Source of the DNA: Lama guanicoe
Lineage: Eukaryota
Assembly: GCA_013239625.1 (NCBI GenBank)
Contig: MU053881.1
Span: 992,001-1,056,000 of the forward strand
Reading direction: 5' to 3'
Length of the DNA stretch: 64,000 bases
Under the pieces are notes generated by a model. The model saw only the letters and a program-made list of their open reading frames with translations. It made no database searches and was not told where the DNA came from. How positions within the stretch are numbered: the first letter of the stretch is position 1; each line of letters opens with the position of its first letter. A program made the position numbers and the translations under genes. This document shows positions 1 to 12,570 of the stretch, one piece after another.

Positions 1-739
1 CAGGGGCAGGCTAAGCCCCCAGAGCCTGACCCAGCTCACAGTCGGGTGTTCTTGCACTGGGACCAGTGTGTCCTTTGGGGCCAAGGTGAGGAACCAAGTG
101 TTTGCCAGGGGCCTTGTGCTCAGGCCTGCCTTGTGCCCTGCGGGGCCTTCTGGCTTTTAGCATCTCTATCCTAGCTCTGTACAGAGGCAGAGTTTCCTCC
201 AGAGTCCAGGCAATAACACTTTATCTGTCTGCTGGCCTGCTGTTCCCAGACTGCTTCTGAATTAAGTTTTATGTATGAAGACTTTTCAGTAATATTATTG
301 TGTTTATTTGGCTCTCAGCTCTGAAGTGCATTTTTGGGTGCGCATGTCACTCCCCCAGAACCGGAGCCTCCTTTGTAAAGGGATTTACTGTAAGTTCGAG
401 AAACGTTTGCTTAAGCCTACCGTGCTAAAAGGCCTGTGCTTGGTGCTAGAGACACAGAAAGTAGAGGGTCTGCCCTGTCCTCAGGCAGGTCACAGTCAGG
501 AAAGGAGGACAAAACCCTGACCAAAAACAGCATTTCAAAGGCAGCGTCAGTGGGGCCTGTAGGAGGGTTTATTATTATTATTATTATTACCTTTAGTTTT
601 ACTTTATGTTCATTATTAAAAGTTATTTTTGCAGCATGAAAAACACACGCTCACTGTAAACCAAAAACATCAAATAGTGAAGAAAAGCTCAAGGGAGAAG
701 ACAAAACACATGAAAGCCTACTATTTTGACAAAACCACC

Positions 740-1150
740 GTGGGAGGCAGGATAACAGCCCCCGAAGGCCCCACGTCCAAGTCCCCGGGACCTGTGGGCA
801 CGTTCTGCTATGTGACGAGGGGGAATCCGTTGCAGGTGGAAGTGAGGTTCTAATCAGCAGAGTTCACGATCAGGAGACTCTCCCGGGTGGTCCAGGACCC
901 CAGGGTGATCACAAGTTATCCTAAACATGGAAGAGGGAGGCGGAGGAGGAGACCAGAGTGAGAGAGAGAGAAAGCTGAAGATGCTCTGAGGGTGGAGGAA
1001 GGGGCCGAGGCATGTGGTGGCCGCTAGAAGCTGGAGAAGGCAAAGCAGCAGTCTCTCTCCCAGAACTCTCGGTCTCAGCCCAGGGGGACCCACATTGGAC
1101 CTCTGACCGCTGGAACTGCAGGATAGTACGTGCGTTTGCATTAGTTGTTA
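740..1150 (+). mobile_element. MaLR LTR (MLT1-like) solo LTR
   Basis: MLT1-type motifs: gtgggaggcaggataacagcccc, ccgctagaagctggagaaggcaa, ctctgaccgctggaactgcaggata. Confidence 0.7.
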
Positions 1151-1604
1151 CGGAGTCCAAAGAAGTGAGTACGGCCGTGACTGGGATTTTGGGGACCATT
1201 TGCCATCTTTTTACATGGATGTATTTTTTCTTTTTGTAAATGGGATTCATATCATGCACGTTATTTTTATAATTTATTTTCGGTAACTTTTTCTTCTTTC
1301 TGCCTTCCTGAGCGCCCACTTCACTTATTGTCATGCTGTTCCATAACTGTGGAGCATTTGAAGGCTGTGAGTTTGCTTCTGGTGGCAGCTTTGGTCTCAT
1401 CTACTCGTTTTGTTATGCTGAATTTTCATTGTCACTTAAAAAAGTATTTGCGCTTTTGATTCCAAGAACCTGAGTTATTTAGGGGAAAGTTTAAAACCCT
1501 GCCAAGGTTTTAGGCTGTTTTGGGTGTTAGGTTTTTCCTTGTTCCTTTGATGTTACTTCCTAGTACAGCCCAAATGTTTTTAGACCTCAGTGACTGTGGA
1601 TGTA

Positions 1605-2395
1605 TTTCTTTTTTATTTCTTTTTATTTTTATTCATTTTTTAGTGAAGTATAGTCAGTTACAATGTGTCAATTTCTGGTGTACAGTGTATGCTTCATACA
1701 TATACATACATGCATTCCTTTTCATATTCTTTTTCATTATAGGTTGTTACAAGATATTGAATATGGTTCCTTGTGCTGTACAGAAAAAATGTGTTTTTTT
1801 AATCTATCTTTATATATATTGGTTGACACTTGCAAGTCTCAAACTCCCAAAATTATCTCTTCCCACCCCCTTTCCCTGGTAACCATAAGACTGTTTACTA
1901 TGTCTGCAAGTCTGTTTCTTTTATAGATGAGTTCACTAGTGTCCTCTTTTTTCTTTTCTTTTTTTTAAGATTCCACATATGAGTGATGTCATATGGTATT
2001 TTTCTTTCTCTTTCTGGCTTACTTTACTTAGAATGACAATCTCCAGGTCCATCCATGTTGCTGCAAGTGGCATTATTTTATTCTTTTTTATGGCCGAGTA
2101 GTATTCTATTGTATAAATACATCACACTTTCTTTATCCAGTCATCTGTTGATGGACATTTAGGCTGCTTCCATGTCTTGGCTGTTGTAAATATAGAGCTG
2201 CCATGAACACTGGGGTGCATGTATCTTTTTGAATTAAGGTTCCCTCTGGATATGTGCCCAGGAGTGGGATTGCTGGATCATATGGTAGGTCTATTTTGAG
2301 GTTTTTGAGGACTTTCCATACCGTTTTCCATAATGGCTGCACCAAACTACATTCCCACCAGCAGTGTAGGAGGGTTCCCTTTTCTCCACAGCCAC
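1605..2395 (-). mobile_element. 5'-truncated L1 (ORF2 C-terminus plus 3'UTR), camelid/artiodactyl type
   Basis: T-rich tail at the left; gaagtatagtcagttacaatg 3'-end motif; the minus ORF 2133-2345 [32 protein letters not shown] is the L1 ORF2 C-terminus. Confidence 0.9.
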
Positions 2396-4077
2396 TCCAA
2401 TCCTTGTGGATTTAAACCAGGTTTCTTCACCCATTCAGTGACACCCACCTCTAGCCAGCCCAGACTCAGTTTCCTGCAAGAGCCTGCCCCCTACCTCCAC
2501 TTGAAGCCCCTCAGACACCCCCAGGCATCCCCGGGTTCTGTCTCAGCTCCAGAGAGCCTGTCCACCAGGTGTCTGGGCATCCATAGTCACCCAGCCAGCA
2601 TCCCAGGCTCCATGGAGCTTCAGGCACCATCCTCAGCTGCCAGACTCCAGAGGAAGGAGAAGAGCCTGTCTCCATGGAGACGTGGCAGAGATGCCCTGGT
2701 CCAGGCCAACTCATCCTGAGTTATGAGCATGGCGGATGACCTGGGTGCTCTGAGCCTTGGGGAATTTCTGAAATTGTTCTTGTCTCTGGTGTTTGCTTAG
2801 CTTTATAAATGTTAGAGGGGCTTTCAGAGGGAATGCAAGTTCTGTGTTACAGGGAGAATGGGTAAGAAGGAACCTGTAGCCTCTGGTGCCATGGAAACCA
2901 GACGGGGCCGGAGAGAAGCTGACAGAGGATGGTGTGCATCTCCCTGGAGGTGGGGCAGAGGGCATGGGTGCTGGGCGTGCAGGGCAGGAGGTGCAGGTTG
3001 GGGGCCAGCCTGCTGGGAAGGGTGGGTGAAGGGGAGCAGAAGTTTGGTGATAACTGAGAGAGGCAGGGTTTGCTTGCTTAGAATTGGAGAAGATACCCTG
3101 GCGTGTGGCTGGGCCGAGAGAAAGAAGCCCTGCAGAGAGGGTGGCTGGAGTTACAGCCAGGCGAGGGACAAGGGACCCAGTGCCATTCTTGAGTGCGGCG
3201 GGGTGGTGGAGCCATGTGAGTTGTTCTGGCTTAGAGGAACTCCTCCTCCTTTGAGATTGCAGGAAATGGGTGAGGGGGTCACCCCCCCCAGTGGCTTCAT
3301 CAGTTGTGGGTGGAGGCTTGGGGGTCACGGCCCCATGATACCAGGGCCTAAGTGGAGCAGGGGGCCTTGAGGGGGCCCGAGGACCCAGTCCAGGCTCTGT
3401 AAGTTGGGGTGAGGGGGCTGTGAGGAGGGCACGTCCAGAGACAGGCGTGGCAGGCATGGCGGCTTCTGGCCAGGGAGTGTCAGCAGGCAGGGGCCAGGTG
3501 GGGACAGCCCCTCGCCTCTAGAGAAGCGGCATCTGGTGGGGACCCAGCTCGTGGCTCTGCGGGGCTGGGGGGCAGGAAGCTGAGGGTGAGGAGCCCGGGG
3601 GAGCTGGGGTGACAGATCGGGGCCTTCCCCCCGGGCTGGCGGGAGAGGCTGGATCAATTTTTCTAAATGTTTCCATGTGCCCTGGGTCATAAGTGTTCCC
3701 GTCCACCCGTAAATCAGCCCTGCTCGTTTCATTATTAAAACAGCCTGTGCCTCTGTGCTCCCGTCAGAAAATTTGTCATCAGCTGAGAGATGCCCTGGAA
3801 ATGCCTCTGTCACCATCTTTCGGTCACTCTCTCGTCCTGTTTCTAACAGTGGGGGCTGCGTTTCTGGGCTTGCAACCTTTGTGGCTGCGTACTTTTACCA
3901 TGAACTGTCAATAAAACAGGGGCTGTTAGAGCAATTTCGTTCTTCCTGGTCTGAATTCTCCTGTTATGACATTAGAGACCCTTTGCTTTCTGTGAGTGCA
4001 TTTTCTTTGTCTGTCTTTTGGCATTTTTCCTTATTTTCTAAACAGCATTGCCATTTATTTTTTCAAACTTAAACTAA

Positions 4078-4252
4078 ACCTCATCACAAGGAAAAAATTT
4101 TTTTGTAACTATACGAGGTGATGGATGTTAACTAAGCTTATTGTGATAATCATTTTGAAATATTATGTATGTATAATGTCAAGTCATTATGCTGAACACC
4201 TTAAACTTACAGTGTTGCGTGCCAGTTAGATCTCATAGGACAGAGGGAAAAA
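4078..4252 (+). mobile_element. L1 3'-terminal fragment
   Basis: gtaactatacgaggtgatggatgttaactaagcttattgtgataatcatt...caccttaaacttac is a typical old L1 3' end. Confidence 0.7.
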
Positions 4253-4338
4253 CCCAAATTGATTGATCTTTAACCAAAAAGTAAACCCATCGCTAGTTAT
4301 TTGTGATCCTTGTGTTCTTGATTTTGTCATTGTTTCTT

Positions 4339-4590
4339 GACCTGTGTCTCTATGTGTGACTTGTCCCCCCCCACCCGCAGGGACTCACAGGGGACCTGTG
4401 TCTCTGTGTGTGACTCATCCCCCCCGACCCGCAGGGACTCACAGGGGACCTGTGTCTCTGTGTGTGACTCGTCCCCCTCGACCTGCAGGGACTCACAGGG
4501 GACCTGTGTCTCTGTGTGTGACTCGTACCCCCCCACCACCAACAGGGACTCACAGATCCCCCCCCCCCCCACCCACAGGGACACACAGGG
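4339..4590. repeat. 54-bp minisatellite, about 4.5 copies
   Basis: Unit gacctgtgtctctgtgtgtgactcgtcccc...gcagggactcacaggg starts at 4339, 4393, 4447 and 4501, then a degenerate partial copy. Confidence 0.95.
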
Positions 4591-4689
4591 GAGCTGGTCT
4601 CACCAGGTAGTGGCCCTGACCCTTGCTTTGAAGCTGGCCCCTCTCTCTCCCTGACCTGCGCCCCGGGGCCCTGCCCGCCCCCCCAGCCT

Positions 4690-5900
4690 ATCTCCGCCTG
4701 CCCTGCTTTCTCGTCCTTCCTCGTCCCACCTGGACGCGCCGCCTGTGTTTAAGCTCCCGCCTGCCCGGTCTCTGTCTTCCCTGATGGATCTCTGGTCCAA
4801 ACCCTGTCCCACCCCCTCACGTTCCTGCCTGCAAATAGGAGGAAGTCCCCAGCTGCGCTGAAGGATCTGCCTTCAAATTTCTGATTACAGACCTTGGGTG
4901 GCCGTGTCCCCTCCTGGTGGGACGGCCCCCCCCCCCTCCAGCTCCCTGTCAGCTTGCCTAACAGTTGCCCCCCGCCTCCCCCTTCGCTCCCCCTCGAAGC
5001 CCAATAGGAGGGTTACTGCTCCTGAGCCGTGGCCCTGCCTGTCCCTGGGGCTGCTGGCCACTCCCAGCTTTCGCACACACGTTACCTCCGTCCTCCACTT
5101 CCTCCGCTGCCCCCGCGTCACCGAAAGTGGTCCCTTCCCGCCCCTGACCACAGGGTGTGATCGGTCGGCCGTCCCACGTCTCAGGCCTCGCTCGCGCCCT
5201 CCCTGCTATCACCGTGTCGCCCTTGGCGCCCCGCTCCTGGCTTTCCTCTCCCTGCCCTGGACCTCTTCTACCCACCTGGACGCGGCAGGAGGCCTAGGGG
5301 GCTGACCCCTTCTCCTTCCACTGCACCTCCTCCCAGAGCCGTCGTGACTGTCCTCCAGCGTTTGGTGGCTGGGCCAGCCTTTCCCGGAGACCTGGCTTGT
5401 TTCTCCACGCGCCTGCTCACAGGCTCACAAGGGCAGTAGTTCCAGAATGGACGTCCTGGCTTCTCCCACCGAGCACCTTCATCCTCAGCCCCTAAATCAA
5501 AACGAAAACAAGGCCTCTGTCTTGCCTCCCATCCTGCAGCTTTCGCCATCCTGGTAGAGGGCGCCCCCACCCCCACCAGCGCGGGGGCTTCCACTGCAGA
5601 GCGTGGCCTTGGACTCGACCTCTACCCTCCCTGCCCCACCGCCGGTCCTCAGCAGGTCTCCTCCTGCTGCCTCCCAAGGGCGCCTCCCCTCGGAGCCGGC
5701 CCTTCTGCAGCTGCATCCGGCCACTCCCTGCCCTCGTGAAGATGCTCTGCTGGCCACCACTACTGTCCAGGAAACCCCTCAGCCTGGCCAGGGCCCAGCA
5801 GCCCTCCGCGTCTCGCCTCCCCCTCCCCTGCCTGCGGTCACCACACCTCGGCTCCGCCCCAGCTCCTCTATGCCCTGGGCCTCGGCCTGCATCTTCCCTT
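4690..5900 (+). mobile_element. Highly degenerate L2-like fragment
   Basis: C/T-rich strand with the texture of L2 ORF2 and 3' region; no diagnostic peptide survives. Confidence 0.35.
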
Positions 5901-8900
5901 CCTGTGTTCATTCGTGGTTTTTAAATTTTTTCCTTGTCTTCTGCCCCTGAGACTATGTTTTCTGTGTCTGTCCCCTTCTGCACGCCCTGCTCTCTCCTTG
6001 CTGCTGTCTTTCAGTTTCTACAACCTTCTTAAACTTGAGTTCCCCTAAGATTCAAGGAAAGCTGTGGAGCATCTTGCTCCCAACCGTGCACAAACCGAAC
6101 CGATTTCACTGTGGGTAGAATTTAGGTTTCTCATACTACTTATCACTGCTATTTCTTTTTTTAATAATATGCGTCTTCCATTCCAAGAATTGTCTCTGAT
6201 TTCTGTACCGAGTTTCATGACCGTCTGAGGGTGCCGCAGCCCTGCGTGGTCCCGGGCGGTGGTCTGCGTTGCTGCTTCTGGCCTAAGCATTCCCTGTTCC
6301 CTGTTCTCCATCTTCCTTCCTCCCCAGCCGGCTTGCGGCCATCCCTGTGGTGACACATCCCTCTTGTAGCCAGAGTGGTGATCTTCTCCGTGGGGCGTGA
6401 TGTCCTCAGGGCTGCGTGCATGGTCCCTGGACCACGGCCTGGGAGGGTGTTTCCCCTGGAGATGGGGTGCCCCAGGGGGGCGACTCCTTCCCTCTTTGAT
6501 GAGGCAGCCTCTCCCCAGGCCTGTGGTCTACACGCTCCCTCGTCCTAGCACAGACCCATCAAGCTCTTTCGGCTGGCAGGGCTGTTCGGGCCTGCATGTG
6601 GAAGGTGGCCGTGTGGCCGTTCCTAAGTTCCTTCCAGAGCGCCCCGCCGCCCCGCTGTGGCTCCTTCCTGCCGCCCAGGACTGCCCGCGGCAGCGGTGAG
6701 TGGCCCTCGCGGGCCGCTCAGACGTTCCGAGCAGGCCTTGGATTCTCGCCTCCCGAGTCTGTCCTGGCTACGGGGAGCAGGCTAACCCGCGTGCTTCATG
6801 GTGGGGACGGGCTGCAGTGGGGAAGTCTCGTCTCGAACTGGAGAACCGGGGTCAGCACCCTGGGCCGGGAGACAGTGCAGCTCTGTGGGCGACACCTGGC
6901 TCCACAGGGACCCTCCTATGAAGGGAGTGGAGTGAAGGCAGGCTTCCTGGAGCCTCGAGCAGGATCAGGGACTCAGGGACCATGGCCAGCGGGAGCCGTG
7001 ACTGCCCGTGGACTGCAGAGAGGAGAGCCCGCCTCCGGCCTCGGCCTTCCTGCTGGTGCCTCCCTTTGCCAGGACAGCCACGGAGAGGCTGGTCAGCCTC
7101 GGGTGCAGGGCGGGACGGAGGTGAGGGGGCTGGGTGGCGGAGGAGGAACAGCCAGCCTTGAGTGTCGGCCAGAAAGGAGAGGAGCAGGGCCCACTTTCCT
7201 CTCTGTCTTTCCAGAGCCAGCTTTCCTTCCCAACGCACAGCGTGTTTATTCGGCTCCCGCAAGTGATGTGACAGCATCACCAAAGTGAGGATGACAGATC
7301 CACCAGCAGCGTCCAGGAGGGAGCTGGAGGCCTGGTTAGGGAGCAGAAACCAAAGGGCCACGCAGCCAGCAGGAGCGCCCCCAGCTCCCACCCCGGCCTG
7401 AACACCTGGGAGGCAGTAGCGACGGACAGACGGTCACGACACCAGATGTCTGCATGTGGCTTTCTTCTCTTTAGACTGCCTGGGTGGGTCTCTACATTTG
7501 TGCGAGAACACAAAAGTTATTGTATGAGTGTCTACAAAACCCACATCTGCTCAGCCTGATGGGAGAAGCGAGGGCTGTTCATGGGTAATCCTGACGTGTC
7601 CTGCCTACTCTAGAAGCCGGTCCCTCCCCACTCGGCCAGCCCGCCCACCTTAGAAGCCGGAGCGCTGTGCCGAGGCCGCCCTGCAGGTTTGGTGGGGCCC
7701 TGCAGCAACGCTGCAGGTGGGACGAGGGCCAGGGCCTGAGGCCGCCCTGCCACTTCCAGAGCCTGTGGTACCGAGGGTTTGGTGTCCCCGGGTCATCACT
7801 CCTGAGCTCCACAAGCTGCCTGCCCAGGGTGACGCCAAGTGGATCAGACCAGCTGAGGCTGCTGGCATCCCTGGGCCAGAGTGGGCCCAGTACCCCGGGC
7901 TTGATCCCACTGAGATGGTGCTCAGAACCCAGATGGAGCTCTAGCCAGGCTCCCCTCGTCCCTGTTCATGGGGTTGAGTTGCTAGGAAAGAGCATTAACA
8001 AAATAATTGGATGTGTTTCTGGGCTGTCAGCTCTGGAGGCAGGCTACGCACCTCCGTCAGCACCGCACAGCGGCTCCCAGGCGCTCAGCTGAGTGCGCAG
8101 GAGGCACCCACACCCAAAAAACCCAAACAACAAAACGAAACGAGACCACCCTGGAAGGTAAATCCCAGTTCCCATCCCGGCCTGGGTCCTGTCAGGCCAC
8201 TGGCACGTTCTGGTCCACGGCCACGGGAAACTGATGTCCCACCCCGCCACCCGTGTCCTGGGCGAGGGCCCGTCAGCCGCTGCCACGCTCCGGCCCAAGG
8301 CGAAGGAGGATGATGTCCCACATCGGATGTCTGAGCCCAAGGCCCTGAGTCACCGTATTATGAAGGAAAACACTTCACACTGAGATGTCAGTTTTCGCTT
8401 CCAGTCTAATTTCTGACCTGTTAAAACAAAGCCTTGCAAATAAGAGGCTGCTCTTGCTGTGAGTGTGAATCGGCGAATTAAGCCGACTTACTTTAGAGGG
8501 ACGCGTAGTGCCCTGGCCTCTTTGGGGAAGATTAGCACTTTTTGAGGAAGTGTGAGTCTGCAGGGACAAAATGACAGGATGGTTGTTGGGCCCCATTTCT
8601 GGGGAGGGCAGAGGACGAGTGGCCAGACTGCCTTCCCGCATCCTCCCCCGTAAAGAAGAGGGGAGGCTGTGGGTTAGCACTTACTCAGAATGTGTGAGCG
8701 AGGAGCCGCGGGCCCCCACCGGTGAGGTCACCATGCCGGGGACCGCAGGAGGCGGGGACCTCTGGCACACAGAGCTCCTACCAGCCTCTGGGAAGACGAA
8801 ACAGAGGTCAGGCCATGTCCAGCTGATCCCAACTCGCTTAAGCAGAAGGGAATTAAAGGCAAGCTGTGGGGACTGGGGTTGGAGACTTGGAGATGCGGTG

Positions 8901-9178
8901 CCTTGGAGAGCCCCAGCCAGAGCTGTGGGGAGCTGTGCGGGCAGTGGGCAGGGCTCCAGGGTGGGGTGGGGGGCCGGGTTGGCCACCTCGTGGTTCTTCT
9001 GTCTCAGGGGCACATTCCCGGAAGACAGCGTCAGAAGTGGGTGAGCCGGCCCCCACCCCTCTCTCCACCCGGGCTCCTTGTTAACACTTCTTCTAGCCTG
9101 CTTCCAGGCACGGCTGTCTCCGGGTGGGCAGGGGTCCTGGGCAGACATTTTCTGCAGGGCCCTGTCCATATAAACAAT

Positions 9179-9392
9179 TTTTTAAAATTGAACTATAGTC
9201 AGTTTACAATGTTGTGTCAATTTCCAGTGTACAGCACAATGCTTCAGTCATACATGAACATACATATATTCATTTTCATATTCTTTTTCACCATAAGTTT
9301 CTACAAGATACTGAATATATTTCCCTGTGCCATACAGTACGTGCTTGTTTATTTTATATATACCAGTCAGTATCTGCAAATCTTAAACTCCC
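9179..9392 (-). mobile_element. Short L1 3'-end insertion
   Basis: Same 3'-end motif as 1605-2395 (ctatagtcagtttacaatgttgtgtcaatttccagtgtacag); flanked by an imperfect taaacaa(t/c)tt repeat, a likely TSD. Confidence 0.85.
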
Positions 9393-10949
9393 TAAACAAC
9401 TTGATTAAAATGGATTCCAAGAGCCATGAGCCCGTGTAGGGTATCATGATGTGTGGCTGCAGGTCTTGGAGGATGGGGGAGAAGGGGTACCAGCCTGTTT
9501 GTTTACTGTCCAATCAGTGCAGCAAAGATCCTTCTCAGCGTGCCCTCACCGCCCCTTCCTGCTTGGGTCCAAGAAGAATGTCTTTGTGTTCTTTATTGTT
9601 GAGTGTGCTGTTCCTGGCTGATTGCATGTTTACACCTCCCACGGTGGGGGAGGAATAGCCGTGTGGTTATTACCGACCATGCCTGGGCTCCATGCAGCCT
9701 GCTTCCGTAGACGTGCTGTGGATCTCTCCCTTCTGCATTCCCGGATCCTATGTATTTAGTGCTGGTTGCAGTGTTTCTCCTCTTGTCCTCATCCATCCGT
9801 GCTTGGTTGACGATGGCTGCCAGTGCAGCTCTGCCGCAGGGTGTGCAGGATGCTGGCCACAGTGCAGCTCTGCCCCAGGGGACGCAGGACAACGTGGACC
9901 CCTTGTTCTCTTCCGGTCACGTTAAATTTACCACTGGGAACTTGACAGTGTTAAGCAGAGAATCACACACCCAGCCGCGTCTTCTTGACAGCTCTCAGGC
10001 TGCGTGTTACCCTGCACCCTGGACAGGGGTCTCCTCCCATGTTGCGTGTAGCCCTGCCTCCCCCTCGCCGCCACCAGCAGGCAGTGAGAAGGGCCACCTC
10101 ACCTGTGCGAGACTTGCCATCCGTTGGCGGACCAGCCTGCGAGCATGTGACATCCGGCTTGGCTCAGTGGCAAGAGAGGACGCGGAGCAAGAGTTTTCAA
10201 AGCCCAGAACTGGTGGGTGCAGTGGCCCCGAGGACGGCCCGTGCATGGCCTGGAGCCTGTGAGCCCCCGCCCTGGGCATATGGGCCAAAGGATGCCTGCA
10301 ACTGGGTGCTGCGGACCAGCGATACCCCTGGAGCTAAGCGCCGGCGGACAGGAGCCAACGTTCCAGCCCACACGTGCGGCTTAAGCACAAGGCCAGGCTG
10401 TGGGCACCAGAGCCCAGAGCCTGGACTCACTCTGTCTGATGTGAGGGAGAGTCACCAAAAGGAAGCTGGCGGCACCACTCTGGTGGCTCAGCCCCACACA
10501 CAGGCATGAAGGAATCACCCCTTTGGCCAGTGGGAGTGGCTTGCTTGCCTGGGACCCCGGGAAAACCTCTCGGTGCTAGCCCTGGAGCTTTGGGGCCATG
10601 CACACAGGACAGAGGGTTGGAGGGTGTCCACAGGGCGGCAGCAGGGCCCGTGTGGGTACTGGTCAGGCCTGAGTGTCGCATTGGCCACACAGCTTTCCTT
10701 GGTGTCTGTGGGACATGTCAGGCTCGCTTTCTCATCAGGGCCTTTGCACTTGCTGCCCCGTCCCCTGGGACTCACCACTCTGGTGAGACCCACCCCAGAC
10801 TCGGGATGCCATGGTGAAGCCAGCGTGTCTGGTTTGTCTATTCCAGGGGGAGGCAGGCACCATGTGCCCGACAAGTGTCCAGTGATCGGTGAAGAATGAA
10901 CCAGCCAGAGCGTGCCAGGAGTGGCCTGGGGCACAATTCTATGTGCTTA

Positions 10950-11950
10950 ATCATTTTATTTTAAAATAACTTCAGACCTGAAGCAAAGTTGCAGAGACAG
11001 CGTGGAGATTTCCTGTGTGCCCTTGGCCCAGCTTCCCCTCTGTTAACGCCATCTGTGACCTGGAACAATGATGGAAATCAGGAGATTCCCCTTGAACGAT
11101 GTTACGCCATCACTTAGACTCCAGACTGCGTCTGAATTTTGCCCGTTTTCTGCCTCCTGCCCTTTTTCCGGTTTGGGATCACGTGCAGGACCCACGTGGC
11201 ATTTCGCTGTTGCGTCTCGTCAGTGTTCTCCTGTCTCCTCAGTCTGTCATTCCTGGCCCAGGCACTTTTGACAGGACCGGTCAGTTATTTCGTAGAATGG
11301 GCCTCCACGTGGGTTTGTTTCCTCGGGGTAGACTGAGTTTATGCGTTTGGAGGCAGGAATATTGCAGAAAAGGTGTGCGCTCCACCTCGTGCTGCGTCGG
11401 GGTGCGTGATGTCGAATTGTCCTGCTGTTGGCGACGGTAATCCTTACCACTTTGAGAACCCCGCCCTCATCTGCTGGGGTTCTCCCCTGTCAACTTACTG
11501 GTTTTTCCCTTCTAATTCACCAATATCTTGTGGGACGATGCTCCTTGGAGATCATGCAGGCTTTCTGTTTCTCATCATACTCCCCCCAACCCCGATTTCA
11601 GCCCCCTGGGTGATTCTTACCTATGACGATCCCTACTGCGGTGTTTGCTGCGGCGATTTTCTGCCTCCATCATTGCTTCTGTTTATTAATTGAATTCCAC
11701 TGTGATAAGAGCTGCTCTTCACCTCTATTTATTTATTATTCAATGATTAATTTGTGCCAGTATGGACTTGTGGATATGTCCTTTATTCTATGGGTCTGTC
11801 TGGGGTCCTCCAAGGCACCCCATTTCCAAGTCTCCATCCTCAGTCCCCATAGTAACTATCATTACTTATTATTTTGTTGAAGTTATTCTGGATTTGGCAA
11901 ATGAGAACATCTTCAGGTTGGATCCTCTATCCTTTGGTTATGCTTGGGTG
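10950..11950 (-). mobile_element. Old L1 (L1MC/ME-like) 3' region, degenerate
   Basis: ttttattttaaaataacttcagacctgaagcaaagttgcagaga...ttggcccagcttcccctctgttaac matches ancient L1 3'UTR ends. Confidence 0.6.
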
Positions 11951-11964
11951 TGATTTAAAAAAAA

Positions 11965-12570
11965 TTGTTTTTTCATTGTGGTAAAATATACTTGCCCTAA
12001 GATTTGCCATCTTAACCATTTTTAACAGCACAGTTCAGTGGTGTTAAATATATTCATAGTTTTGTGCAACCATTACCACCATCCATCCCTGGAACTCTTT
12101 TCGTCTTGGGAAACCAAAAACTCTACACGTGTTAAACGGTAACTCCCCGCTTCCCGCTTTCCCCCGGCCCCTGGCAGCGGCCTTTCTGCTTTATGGCTCT
12201 ATGACATTGACTACTCTAAGTGCCTCCTCTGAGTGAAATCGTACAGTGTCTGTATTTTTGTAGCTGGCTGGTCTCACTTGGCGTAACGTCCTCAAGGTCC
12301 GTCAGGTTGTAGCATGTGTCCGAATCGCCTTTGTTTGTAAAGCTGAATGATATTCCATTGTAGGCATACGCCGCGTTTTGCTTATCCATTCGTCTGCTGA
12401 TGGACACTTGGGTTGCTCCCGTGTTTTAGCTGTTGTGATAATGCTGCTGTGAACGTGGGTGTACAAATACTCTTGGAGACCCTTCTTCCAATTCTTTTGG
12501 ACGTACGGCAGCTCTGGTTTTAAATTTTCGAGGCGCCGCTGTACTGCTTTCCACAGCGGCTGCACCGTTT
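11965..12570 (-). mobile_element. L1 (L1MB-like) ORF2 end plus 3'UTR
   Basis: cattgtggtaaaatatac...gtgcaaccattaccaccatccat; minus ORFs QPLWKAVQRRLENLKPELPY and QPKCPSADEWI are L1 ORF2 C-terminal remnants. Confidence 0.85.

Noticed and set aside
4327..4654. Repetitive ORFs; superficially CRISPR-like spacing
   Set aside because: Head-to-tail minisatellite with no unique spacers, in a mammalian genome.
9821..9889. Imperfect 39-bp-period two-copy repeat
   Set aside because: Small degenerate slippage duplication with no further structure.
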